DNA of 40,932 bases, taken from the IMG/VR virus record IMGVR_UViG_3300029587_000019, positions 1 to 40,932 of that record. One strand, given 5' to 3'. How positions within the stretch are numbered: the stretch's first letter is position 1; each line of letters begins with the position of its first letter. Under the pieces are notes generated by a model. It ran no database searches. It saw only the letters and a program-made list of their open reading frames with translations, and was not told where the DNA came from. Positions 22,875 to 29,571 of the stretch are shown one piece after another. A program made the translations under genes and the position numbers. The DNA comes from a virus.

Positions 22875-22900
22875 AACCCCTCGGCATTTGCCGAGGGGTT
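22875..22900. terminator. Bidirectional hairpin between convergent genes
   Basis: aacccctcggc-attt-gccgaggggtt. Confidence 0.7.
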
Positions 22901-22904
22901 AAAT

Positions 22905-23207
22905 TTAGCTTTCCAATTTCCGCATGACGCTATTGTAAACCCGCTCGTTGACCACTTTCAAGCTGTCCATCAGCTCGTCCATGACCTCCCACGCACGGGC
23001 TGGGTCAACGTTAGACACCGCCCGGAGGAAATCGCTGTCCGGTGCGGGAACCGCAGAATACGCCTCAACCATACGGTTTTCCCTCACCGGCTCTCGGTTC
23101 TGGTTTTGGATGGTATACAGCGCCGCCAGCTTTTCATAGTTTGCCCAGCTGGATTCTTCCGTCTCTAACCGCTTGATCCATAGCGCCACTTCTCGCTCGT
23201 CAATCAT
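22905..23207 (-). CDS. Hypothetical protein (100 aa), accessory island
   Basis: RBS AAGGGGG. No family recognised. Confidence 0.6.
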   Translation of the reverse strand: MIDEREVALWIKRLETEESSWANYEKLAALYTIQNQNREPVRENRMVEAYSAVPAPDSDFLRAVSNVDPARAWEVMDELMDSLKVVNERVYNSVMRKLES

Positions 23208-23222
23208 TGGGGCCTACCCCCT

Positions 23223-23588
23223 TTAGTCCTCCATCATGTCCATTGCACGGCGCAGGGCGTCCTTGATGCGATCATCGTCGGTTTCCCGCATCATATCGTT
23301 GATCTGATCGCGCAGATGCTCAGTTGCGTCCGTGCGGCTGTAATGACCACGGACATAATGCCGACGGGCATAGGAGTTGCCACGGCTGTAGCCGCGTAGA
23401 TCATCGTCCAGATAGCGGCCAGAATAGCCGCGCTCGTCCATCGCATCGATCTTGTCGATGTTCTTGATGGTATCGGTCAGCTTGTGGGCAATGTCCAGAT
23501 CCCCGGCGCCCAGCTCGCCCTTGCGGATCAGCTCGTCAAGTTCCTTGCAGAGCATATCCCGCAGTTCATACATAGATTTCATTCCCAT
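23223..23588 (-). CDS. Hypothetical charged, Arg/Tyr-rich protein (121 aa), accessory island
   Basis: Start MGMKSMYELRD follows AAAGGAGAA. Confidence 0.6.
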   Translation of the reverse strand: MGMKSMYELRDMLCKELDELIRKGELGAGDLDIAHKLTDTIKNIDKIDAMDERGYSGRYLDDDLRGYSRGNSYARRHYVRGHYSRTDATEHLRDQINDMMRETDDDRIKDALRRAMDMMED

Positions 23589-23602
23589 TGTGTTCTCCTT
23601 TC

Positions 23603-24028
23603 TCAGCAAACTCTGGTAATGATAAGGTTCGCGTTGCTCACGTCAATGTCCTCGCCACTAACGTTGCGGATGGACAGCGACGCGCAGCAGCCCTTTGTAA
23701 CGTCAACGTACTCGGACGCCGCCACGTTGAAAAATGCCCCCGCAACCGTGGGCGTCACCGTCGCAACGGAGGACGGGAGCGGCTCACCGTCAACCGCAAT
23801 GGCAACGGAGATGGGGCCGGGGGTCCCGCCGGTGCTTACGGCAATATTGCCGATAAAGTCCACCTTATAGCGGACGCGGCACTGGGAGCAGTTACCACGG
23901 AGGTTAAACAGACCGGAGCCTGCGCGGTGCGCCACAAGGCCCTTGGTGCAGGGGATCGGTGCCTCGGTAAAAAGCACGTTCTGGTTTGCCGCTACAGTTT
24001 GCGCGGCAACAGCAGTGTATTCAGGCAT
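23603..24028 (-). CDS. Beta-rich 141-aa protein. A jelly-roll fold (TNF/C1q/BclA-C-terminal-like) is suspected.
   Basis: Pattern RYKVDFIGNIAVSTGGTPGPISVAIAVDGEPL...SLSIRNVSGEDIDVSNANLIITRV. The fold call is a guess from the sequence pattern. Confidence 0.6.
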   Translation of the reverse strand: MPEYTAVAAQTVAANQNVLFTEAPIPCTKGLVAHRAGSGLFNLRGNCSQCRVRYKVDFIGNIAVSTGGTPGPISVAIAVDGEPLPSSVATVTPTVAGAFFNVAASEYVDVTKGCCASLSIRNVSGEDIDVSNANLIITRVC

Positions 24029-24144
24029 AAAAAACTCCTTTCATAAAATCAGCGGCAGGGCTACTGCCCCGCCGCTTTGTCATCAGTATCGACACGGGGC
24101 CGATCATTTCCCCAGCATGGGGGAAAAGCTACGCTATGCAGTTG

Positions 24145-24861
24145 TCAGCAACCGCATCCGGCAAACTGGTTGCAGCAATAGGGGTTCTGCACCGTGTAGG
24201 CCGGAATGGGAGAAGGGCGCAGCTGGGACACCAGATAGCTGTTCTGCGCCGCCTGAGATGCGGCCAGCTTCAAGCCCTGATTCTCGCTCTGGAGATCCTG
24301 CAGCTTGCTCTGGGTCAGGAAGTCCAGGATCGCGCGGCTGTTGCTGTTGGCATTGTCGATAATGTCCCGGGTGGCGTTCTGCACCGTGTTCCGGGTATCG
24401 CAAGCCTGAGCGGCCATGTCATAGCGCACGCCCTCAATGCTGCGCTGGGTGTTGCAGCAGCACTCAGCGGCCTGCATCTGCATGGCAGTCAACTGCTGCA
24501 TGAGAGCCGCCTGCTGGTTACTGCGGGAAAGCTCAGCCTGCCCAAAGCCGTTTGCCATCGCCATGTTGGTGCCGTTGATAAGCTGCGCCTGCTGGTAAAA
24601 TCCGTCGCAAAGACCCTGATTTACACTGTCGATCTTGCGCTCGACATTGGCAAAATCAGAGGTCAGGACATAACCGTCCATCACGCCGTTGCCGCCGCCA
24701 CCGAAACCGAAGCCGTTACCCCAGCCGCCGAACGCAGCGAAAATGAGGAACAGCACGATCCACCATGCGCCATCGCCGCCCCAGCCGAAGCCGTTACCGT
24801 TTCCGGTGTTGGCAGGAGCCACAGGCATAGTCAGCATGGTGCCGTCAGAGGAAAGAGACAT
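24145..24861 (-). CDS. Gly/aromatic-rich membrane protein with a Q/N-rich helical region and Cys clusters (238 aa)
   Basis: GNGNGFGWGGDGAWWIVLFLIFAAFGGWGNGFGFGGGGNG; ...AAECCCNT...; C-terminal NPYCCNQFAGCGC. Confidence 0.65.
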   Translation of the reverse strand: MSLSSDGTMLTMPVAPANTGNGNGFGWGGDGAWWIVLFLIFAAFGGWGNGFGFGGGGNGVMDGYVLTSDFANVERKIDSVNQGLCDGFYQQAQLINGTNMAMANGFGQAELSRSNQQAALMQQLTAMQMQAAECCCNTQRSIEGVRYDMAAQACDTRNTVQNATRDIIDNANSNSRAILDFLTQSKLQDLQSENQGLKLAASQAAQNSYLVSQLRPSPIPAYTVQNPYCCNQFAGCGC

Positions 24862-24914
24862 AGTATCACTCCTTTTGAAAAAATATTTATATCAAACCGT
24901 GGCCACGATTTTGA

Positions 24915-25136
24915 TTACTTGAAAAGCCCCTGAAATTGGTTTGCCATTGACTGTATCTTGTTCAACTGATCTTGTGAGATTTTGCCGCTTTGCAGCATCT
25001 TCTCCACTTCCGCTTTTGGGTCGCCTTTAAAACTTGCCTTGAACTGCTTGAACTGCTGTAAAAGCTGAGGAAAGCCGCTCATCGACCCCGGCATCTGTCC
25101 GCCACCTAACGCATTGAAAAACGGATTGTTACTCAT
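24915..25136 (-). CDS. Hypothetical small protein (73 aa)
   Basis: RBS AGGAGG. Sequence MSNNPFFNALGGGQMPG... Confidence 0.6.
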   Translation of the reverse strand: MSNNPFFNALGGGQMPGSMSGFPQLLQQFKQFKASFKGDPKAEVEKMLQSGKISQDQLNKIQSMANQFQGLFK

Positions 25137-25196
25137 CGTCCTCTTCCTCCTCTACCTTGCGCTTCTTCTTGCCCTTCAATTCGCCCACAAGCGCCG

Positions 25197-25565
25197 CTAG
25201 TGCGTCGAATTCTTTTCTGGTGACACAAACTCCACGCCCTTTTCCTGCGTGGCTGTACGGGGCGTTTCTGTGCGTTCTACGAGGTCATAAATCGTGAGGG
25301 ACGGTTTACCGCTGGCATCCGCCTTCTTGAGGTACACCGTAGGCGCGGAGCTGTCCCACAAAGCCACGGCGGCATTGGGTGCAATCATCCAGTTCCGGGC
25401 CTCCTGTTCGCCGCTGACCCACTGCACACCGCTCTGCGCCACCGGATTCTGAGGGGGCTGTGGTGCCATCATTGGAGGCATCTGCTGTTGACGGAGTTGT
25501 GCCAGATTATCCGGCATGGGCTGTGCATAATAAGGGTTTTGCCATCCGTAAGGTGTGTAAGCCAT
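25197..25565 (-). CDS. Hypothetical protein with a P/Q-rich N-terminus (122 aa). A possible frameshifted C-terminal extension runs to 25129.
   Basis: Start MAYTPYGW lies 9 nt after GGAGG. The alternative frame is described in findings. Confidence 0.6.
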   Translation of the reverse strand: MAYTPYGWQNPYYAQPMPDNLAQLRQQQMPPMMAPQPPQNPVAQSGVQWVSGEQEARNWMIAPNAAVALWDSSAPTVYLKKADASGKPSLTIYDLVERTETPRTATQEKGVEFVSPEKNSTH

Positions 25566-25566
25566 T

Positions 25567-25977
25567 TTAGTCATCCTCCTTGACCCAGTAATACAAGATG
25601 TTCTCGTTGCTGCTGTCCCAGCTGTCCCAGATCATGCCGTCGCAGACGCAGACCACATGGCCGGACAGAGCCAGAATATAGGTGCCTTTTGGGTGATCCT
25701 CCGCAAATTGGCCCACCGTGTAGCAGTCTGGGCAGGTGTCCGGCACGATGTACCGCCGATATCCGATGCTGCGGAGATACCGCCCCCAACAGGCGTTTGC
25801 CGACGGCATATCCCCGTCCAGATACCCTTGGATACAGAGCCGCAAATAAATTTCGCCCCAATCCATCCCGGTAGCCTTGACGATTGCCCGCACGGTGCAG
25901 TCCCCTACATTTTTCCCGCAGGGGTTGGGGTTGAAATGGTTATACATACTCCCTCCGGTCATCGTATAAAAGCTCAA
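25567..25977 (-). CDS. Hypothetical protein, possible papain-like Cys/His fold. Start uncertain (25947-25977).
   Basis: GDCTVRAI ... GHVVCVCDGMIWDSWD. Assignment is speculative. Confidence 0.55.
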   Translation of the reverse strand: MSFYTMTGGSMYNHFNPNPCGKNVGDCTVRAIVKATGMDWGEIYLRLCIQGYLDGDMPSANACWGRYLRSIGYRRYIVPDTCPDCYTVGQFAEDHPKGTYILALSGHVVCVCDGMIWDSWDSSNENILYYWVKEDD

Positions 25978-26077
25978 TCATGCGCACACAGCGTTCCAGC
26001 TCCGCTGGATCGGTCTGCGCTATGATCTCTCGCGCCAACTCCGCCGGATACCCGCAGGCCAAAAGCCGCTCGTACAT
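25940..26077 (-). CDS. Tiny ORF (45 aa), first gene of the island, uncertain
   Basis: RBS AAAGGAGG 8 nt upstream. Sequence MYERLLACGYPAELAREIIAQTDPAELERCVRMIELLY. Confidence 0.35.
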   Translation of the reverse strand: MYERLLACGYPAELAREIIAQTDPAELERCVRMIELLYDDRREYV

Positions 26078-26125
26078 TGTGTGCGCCTCCTTTACACGTA
26101 TATGATACAAAAAATCCGGACAGCC

Positions 26126-26169
26126 AAACTGCCCGGAAACTGCCTGTATTCTGCCCTCAAACTGCCATA
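26126..26169. repeat. Four tandem 11-bp units (AAACTGCCnnn; the third unit is ATTCTGCC) in the divergent control region
   Basis: Units start at 26126, 26137, 26148 and 26159. Read directly. Confidence 0.9.
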
Positions 26170-26195
26170 AAAATATTTTGAGAAATTCGGTTTAA

Positions 26196-26233
26196 CCTAT
26201 TGACAATAGGTTAAACCTATTGTATATTATAGG
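26196..26233 (+). promoter_or_regulatory. Promoter (TTGACA 26200-26205, 17-nt spacer, TATATT 26223-26228) overlapped by two CCTAT..ATAGG inverted repeats
   Basis: CCTATTGACAATAGG (26196-26210) and CCTATtgtatattATAGG (26216-26233). Confidence 0.65.
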
Positions 26234-26260
26234 TACAGTAAAGGAAAGGGGTACGCGAAA

Positions 26261-26491
26261 ATGTGGAAGGAAGGTAGCATCAAGGTCAACGGCGAGAGTT
26301 TTCACTACTGGATGAAGCAATACGATGAAGGTTCTAAATGGGGAATTGATGGAGGTCGCATTTCCAAGCTGATGCTCAAGCGGAACGGCGAAATTGTTTG
26401 CAACTATGACAGAGGTTGGGACATAGAACCCGCCGACGAGAACACCCGTATTGCCACGGAGCATCTGATCCGCAGCGACAAAGGAGAATGA
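26261..26491 (+). CDS. Hypothetical protein (76 aa)
   Basis: First gene of the plus-strand cassette. Contains WGIDGGRISKLMLKRNGEIVCNYDRGWDIEP. Confidence 0.65.
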   Translation: MWKEGSIKVNGESFHYWMKQYDEGSKWGIDGGRISKLMLKRNGEIVCNYDRGWDIEPADENTRIATEHLIRSDKGE

Positions 26492-26493
26492 AA

Positions 26494-26739
26494 ATGAAAA
26501 CCATCTACATCAAGATTTCCGGCTATGATACTTTTTACAAGGCCGTTTTTTCCGTGCGTAAATCCAACAAGGGAAACCGCATCGCCCATCTGGAAGAAAA
26601 AACCGAGATTTCCAAAGCCGCATATTACAAGATCCCTGCCGAAAATCGCGCGATTTTTAGCGGTGACATTAACCGGGACATCCACGAAATCGGGAACACT
26701 GCGCTGCTGGATCTGATCGAAGCACAGGAGGGGGCCTGA
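26494..26739 (+). CDS. Hypothetical protein (81 aa)
   Basis: ATG 6 nt after GGAGA. Confidence 0.55.
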   Translation: MKTIYIKISGYDTFYKAVFSVRKSNKGNRIAHLEEKTEISKAAYYKIPAENRAIFSGDINRDIHEIGNTALLDLIEAQEGA

Positions 26740-26916
26740 ATGCCGGATAGCGAAGCGAAACGCCAGTGGATGTCGCAAAACACCACCTTCATCGGGCTAA
26801 AGCTCAACAACAACACCGATGCCGACATCCTCGCCGCGCTGGAAGGCAAGGCCCGCCAGACGGAGATCAAGCGGCTCATCAGAAAAGGTCTGGAGGTGGA
26901 GCGGAATGACGCGTGA
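26740..26916 (+). CDS. Small putative ribbon-helix-helix-like protein (58 aa)
   Basis: Hand translation gives MPDSEAKRQWMSQNTTFIGLKLNNNTDADILAALEGKARQTEIKRLIRKGLE. Below the ORF-track cutoff. Confidence 0.45.
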   Translation: MPDSEAKRQWMSQNTTFIGLKLNNNTDADILAALEGKARQTEIKRLIRKGLEVERNDA

Positions 26917-27145
26917 GCGAACAAAGCGGATGCCTGACGGGAAGATCTATCACTATATCATGTCAGATGCCGCCGTTGAGAAAGAGGACCAGGCGAAAAA
27001 GCGGTGGCGTGCTGAGAACTATACCAGACTAACGGCTGACATCCCTAAAGAAATGATGCAGCAGATCTCCGATGCCGCCGCCAGCAGAAGAATTTCTAAG
27101 CGTCAATTCATTATCGAAGCGCTCGAAAATGAGCTGGAAAGATAG
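26906..27145 (+). CDS. Small putative ribbon-helix-helix-like protein (79 aa)
   Basis: KKRWRAENYTRLTADIPKEMMQQISDAAASRRISKRQFIIEALENELE. Confidence 0.5.
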   Translation: MTRERTKRMPDGKIYHYIMSDAAVEKEDQAKKRWRAENYTRLTADIPKEMMQQISDAAASRRISKRQFIIEALENELER

Positions 27146-27181
27146 AGGAAAGCCGTGTCCGAATCGGACACGGCTTTCCTC
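27145..27181. terminator. Perfect 18-bp-stem palindromic hairpin between convergent genes
   Basis: gaggaaagccgtgtccga-a-tcggacacggctttcctc. No clear T-run. Confidence 0.55.
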
Positions 27182-27416
27182 ATCCCTGCATATCATCCGC
27201 GATCTTGGCGTAGGCACGCCGCCGGATCTTGGCAAGGCCGTCCACGCTGACGTGGAGCAACGCCGCCGCCTGTAGACAGCTCTGGCCGTGGACGTCCACC
27301 GCCAGCACCGCCGTCTCCTCGTCAGGCGGCAAGCCTACCAGCCGGACGGCCTGCGCCGCCCGGGCCGGGGCCATGGATGACAACAGCGCCCGGATCTCTC
27401 GGTTTGTTTTTTCCAT
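27180..27416 (-). CDS. Small HTH protein resembling sigma-70 region 4. The true start may be ATG 27462 in another frame.
   Basis: LQAAALLHVSVDGLAKIRRRAYAKI. ATG 27416 has no RBS, whereas ATG 27462 follows AAAGGAGGG. Confidence 0.5.
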   Translation of the reverse strand: MEKTNREIRALLSSMAPARAAQAVRLVGLPPDEETAVLAVDVHGQSCLQAAALLHVSVDGLAKIRRRAYAKIADDMQG

Positions 27417-27485
27417 GGGTTTTCCAGACTTGCAGAGCGCGTTCCCGCGTGGATGTTGCCATCTTCTGGCCCTCCTTTCAGATGT

Positions 27486-27887
27486 TTAGCTCGTCCAGTC
27501 GGAGCGTTTCTCCCGCACGTCGATGTGGGTAAAGCCCTTCTTGGCGTAGATGCCTACGCCGCCCCAGTCCGGCATCAGCTGTCGGGCGAAGGTCGCCACC
27601 GTCTCCGGTTTCTGGCCGCTGACGGAAATATCCGCCGCCATGCCATAGCAGTGCTGGCTGTGGGCCACGCCGCCGACCTTGGCATTGTACTGCGGTGTGC
27701 GGTACCCGCTGTGGATGACCACCGGAGCGCCGAAGTGGGTGCGGATGCTCTCCAGCACCATCACCAGCCGGGGAGCCACCAAAACAGCGTCAGACCCGTC
27801 TCCACACGCAAACTCCCGCACCTTGAAATGCGCGGAGAGCTGCTTCCCCCCGGAGGCGGCTTTGCTGTAAGCGTTGATCTCAACCAT
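27486..27887 (-). CDS. Peptidase M15-family cell-wall hydrolase (endolysin)
   Basis: 133 aa with HFKVREFACGDGS...SGYRTPQYN...HSQHCYGMAADI. Confidence 0.8.
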   Translation of the reverse strand: MVEINAYSKAASGGKQLSAHFKVREFACGDGSDAVLVAPRLVMVLESIRTHFGAPVVIHSGYRTPQYNAKVGGVAHSQHCYGMAADISVSGQKPETVATFARQLMPDWGGVGIYAKKGFTHIDVREKRSDWTS

Positions 27888-28560
27888 GGTTATTCCCCCT
27901 GATCTGATACAGCGCCCGGACCATGTCGGCGCGGGTCACCGTGTCGCCGGCGTTGGCGTCTGTCAGCAGGCCGTGAGCCTTGCCCCATACGAGGGCTTGA
28001 TCTTCCGCCTTGGCAGACCGTTCCCAGAACAGCAGCATGGTAGGCACCTTCCGGGTGCTGACCACCTTCCCACCGGGAAAGATGCCCTGGGTAGAGCCGC
28101 CGCCGTCCAGCATGAGGGCGTCCACCACGCCCAGCCCCAGCAGCTTATTCTGGAGCTGCTCACGGGTCAAACTGGACTTGTCGCACCACAACACCACCTT
28201 GCCGTTTGCCAGCCAGCCTACCGCCGTCCGGGCCGCAGACCGGGCCACGTCTGGCGTCAGATTCCGGTACAGCTTGGAGCCGCCCTTGAGGATGGGCACG
28301 CCAGAAAGGAAGCTGCCGCCCCGGTCCGTCAGCATCTTAGGTTTACCGTCATTGCCAATGGCCACGCCCCAGTCCTGGTATTTGTCCCGGCTGATGATCT
28401 TACCGTCAATCACCGTCCAGCCCACCGGCTGAAACTTGCCGTTAAACAGGTAGCCGTTGATGATGTGGGTGCAGCCGGTCTTGGCCTTGATCTGCGCCGG
28501 GGTCAGCTTGCCGGTGTTGTGGTAGATCTGCGCACGGGCGCAGTCAAACGTATCAACCAT
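27880..28560 (-). CDS. Phosphodiester glycosidase (NAGPA-like) family protein, putative second lysin
   Basis: INGYLFNG...TAVGWLANGKVVLWC...ALMLDGGGSTQ. Confidence 0.6.
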   Translation of the reverse strand: MVDTFDCARAQIYHNTGKLTPAQIKAKTGCTHIINGYLFNGKFQPVGWTVIDGKIISRDKYQDWGVAIGNDGKPKMLTDRGGSFLSGVPILKGGSKLYRNLTPDVARSAARTAVGWLANGKVVLWCDKSSLTREQLQNKLLGLGVVDALMLDGGGSTQGIFPGGKVVSTRKVPTMLLFWERSAKAEDQALVWGKAHGLLTDANAGDTVTRADMVRALYQIRGNNHG

Positions 28561-28879
28561 GGCGCACACGGGAAGCCTTGAGGAAGTAGCCGTCCTCGTC
28601 ATAAGTCACCTCATAGGTGGCTCCGACGATCCGCTGGATCTGGACGGTGCCCGCCAGATCCTCCCGGCGACGGGTATCCAGCGTCTGAGGGAGCGCCTCC
28701 GGCTCGGTCTCAGCCGGGATAAAGCCCTCCCGCATTTCGTCCTCGGTCCAACCGGCCACGCCGCCGTCAGGATTCAGGTGGAAGTTGGCCCCCGCCGCTT
28801 TCAGTTTGGCATTGATAGCCTCGATTGTCTTGCCGGCGGCCTTTCCCTCGTTGATGATGTTCTCGTAGATCTTTTCCAT
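28553..28879 (-). CDS. Hypothetical protein (108 aa)
   Basis: Start MEKIYENI follows AAAGGGG. Confidence 0.55.
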   Translation of the reverse strand: MEKIYENIINEGKAAGKTIEAINAKLKAAGANFHLNPDGGVAGWTEDEMREGFIPAETEPEALPQTLDTRRREDLAGTVQIQRIVGATYEVTYDEDGYFLKASRVRHG

Positions 28880-28914
28880 GGTATGTACCCCTTTCAAAAT
28901 TTTCGGTTGAGTCT

Positions 28915-29106
28915 TCAACCGTTTTTGTCCTCGGCTACCCGCTGGGTGCCGAAATAAAACGCGATGACCGTGGTGAAGATAGTCAGGAACTCCGTCCCGG
29001 AAATGTCACCCCGCAGAGCCAGCACCGCGAAGATCACCGTCAGGGTGATGGTCACGAGGCTTTTCACCGCCAGCAGATTGCCCAGCCGTTTCTTGATGTT
29101 CTCCAT
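28915..29106 (-). CDS. Putative holin (63 aa, two hydrophobic segments)
   Basis: LAVKSLVTITLTVIFAVLAL and FLTIFTTVIAFYFG. Upstream of the lysins. Confidence 0.6.
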   Translation of the reverse strand: MENIKKRLGNLLAVKSLVTITLTVIFAVLALRGDISGTEFLTIFTTVIAFYFGTQRVAEDKNG

Positions 29107-29118
29107 GTTTTTCTCCTT

Positions 29119-29424
29119 TCACTCTTTTCGGATCGGCAGCTCGCCGACCTCGGACATAATGATTTTCAGGTGTCCGTTGCCGCCAAGGGATTTGTACGCC
29201 TGGTGCATCTCGTCAAGCGTTTCCCTGTCCGACAGGCTTACGCTGCCGTCAGAGATGTACTTCTGGCCCAGATAGCGCACCCGGTCGATCAGCAGCACTT
29301 TCAGCGCGTCCACGATGGCGTCCCGCTTGTCATCTTTGGCCCACTTCCGCTGGAGCAGGGCCAAAACAATGGCCGTGACCCCGGAGCCGGTGGCGGCAGT
29401 TAATACAATTTGTAAAATTTCCAT
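29119..29424 (-). CDS. Membrane-anchored protein of the lysis region (101 aa), possible holin or accessory protein
   Basis: N-terminal TM ILQIVLTAATGSGVTAIVLALL. RBS AAGGGGG. Confidence 0.5.
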   Translation of the reverse strand: MEILQIVLTAATGSGVTAIVLALLQRKWAKDDKRDAIVDALKVLLIDRVRYLGQKYISDGSVSLSDRETLDEMHQAYKSLGGNGHLKIIMSEVGELPIRKE

Positions 29425-29482
29425 TTCACACCCCCTTAAAAAGTTGCAGTTTTTAGGGTAGTTCCGACTTGCTTTCGTGCAG

Positions 29483-29569
29483 TTAAAATTCCGGCCATTG
29501 TCTCTCGCACAAAGGGCAAACCCACCGCCCCTCCGGCACAATGGCTCCGCATATCACGCAATAGTCCAT
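29483..29569 (-). CDS. Tiny zinc-ribbon ORF (28 aa), uncertain
   Basis: MDYCVICGAIVPEGRWVCPLCERQWPEF. Overlaps the fibre stop codon. Confidence 0.35.
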   Translation of the reverse strand: MDYCVICGAIVPEGRWVCPLCERQWPEF

Positions 29570-29571
29570 GG

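Noticed and set aside
27874-28581. 235-aa plus-strand ORF
   Set aside because: It is antisense to the NAGPA-like lysin gene, which has clear family motifs on the minus strand.
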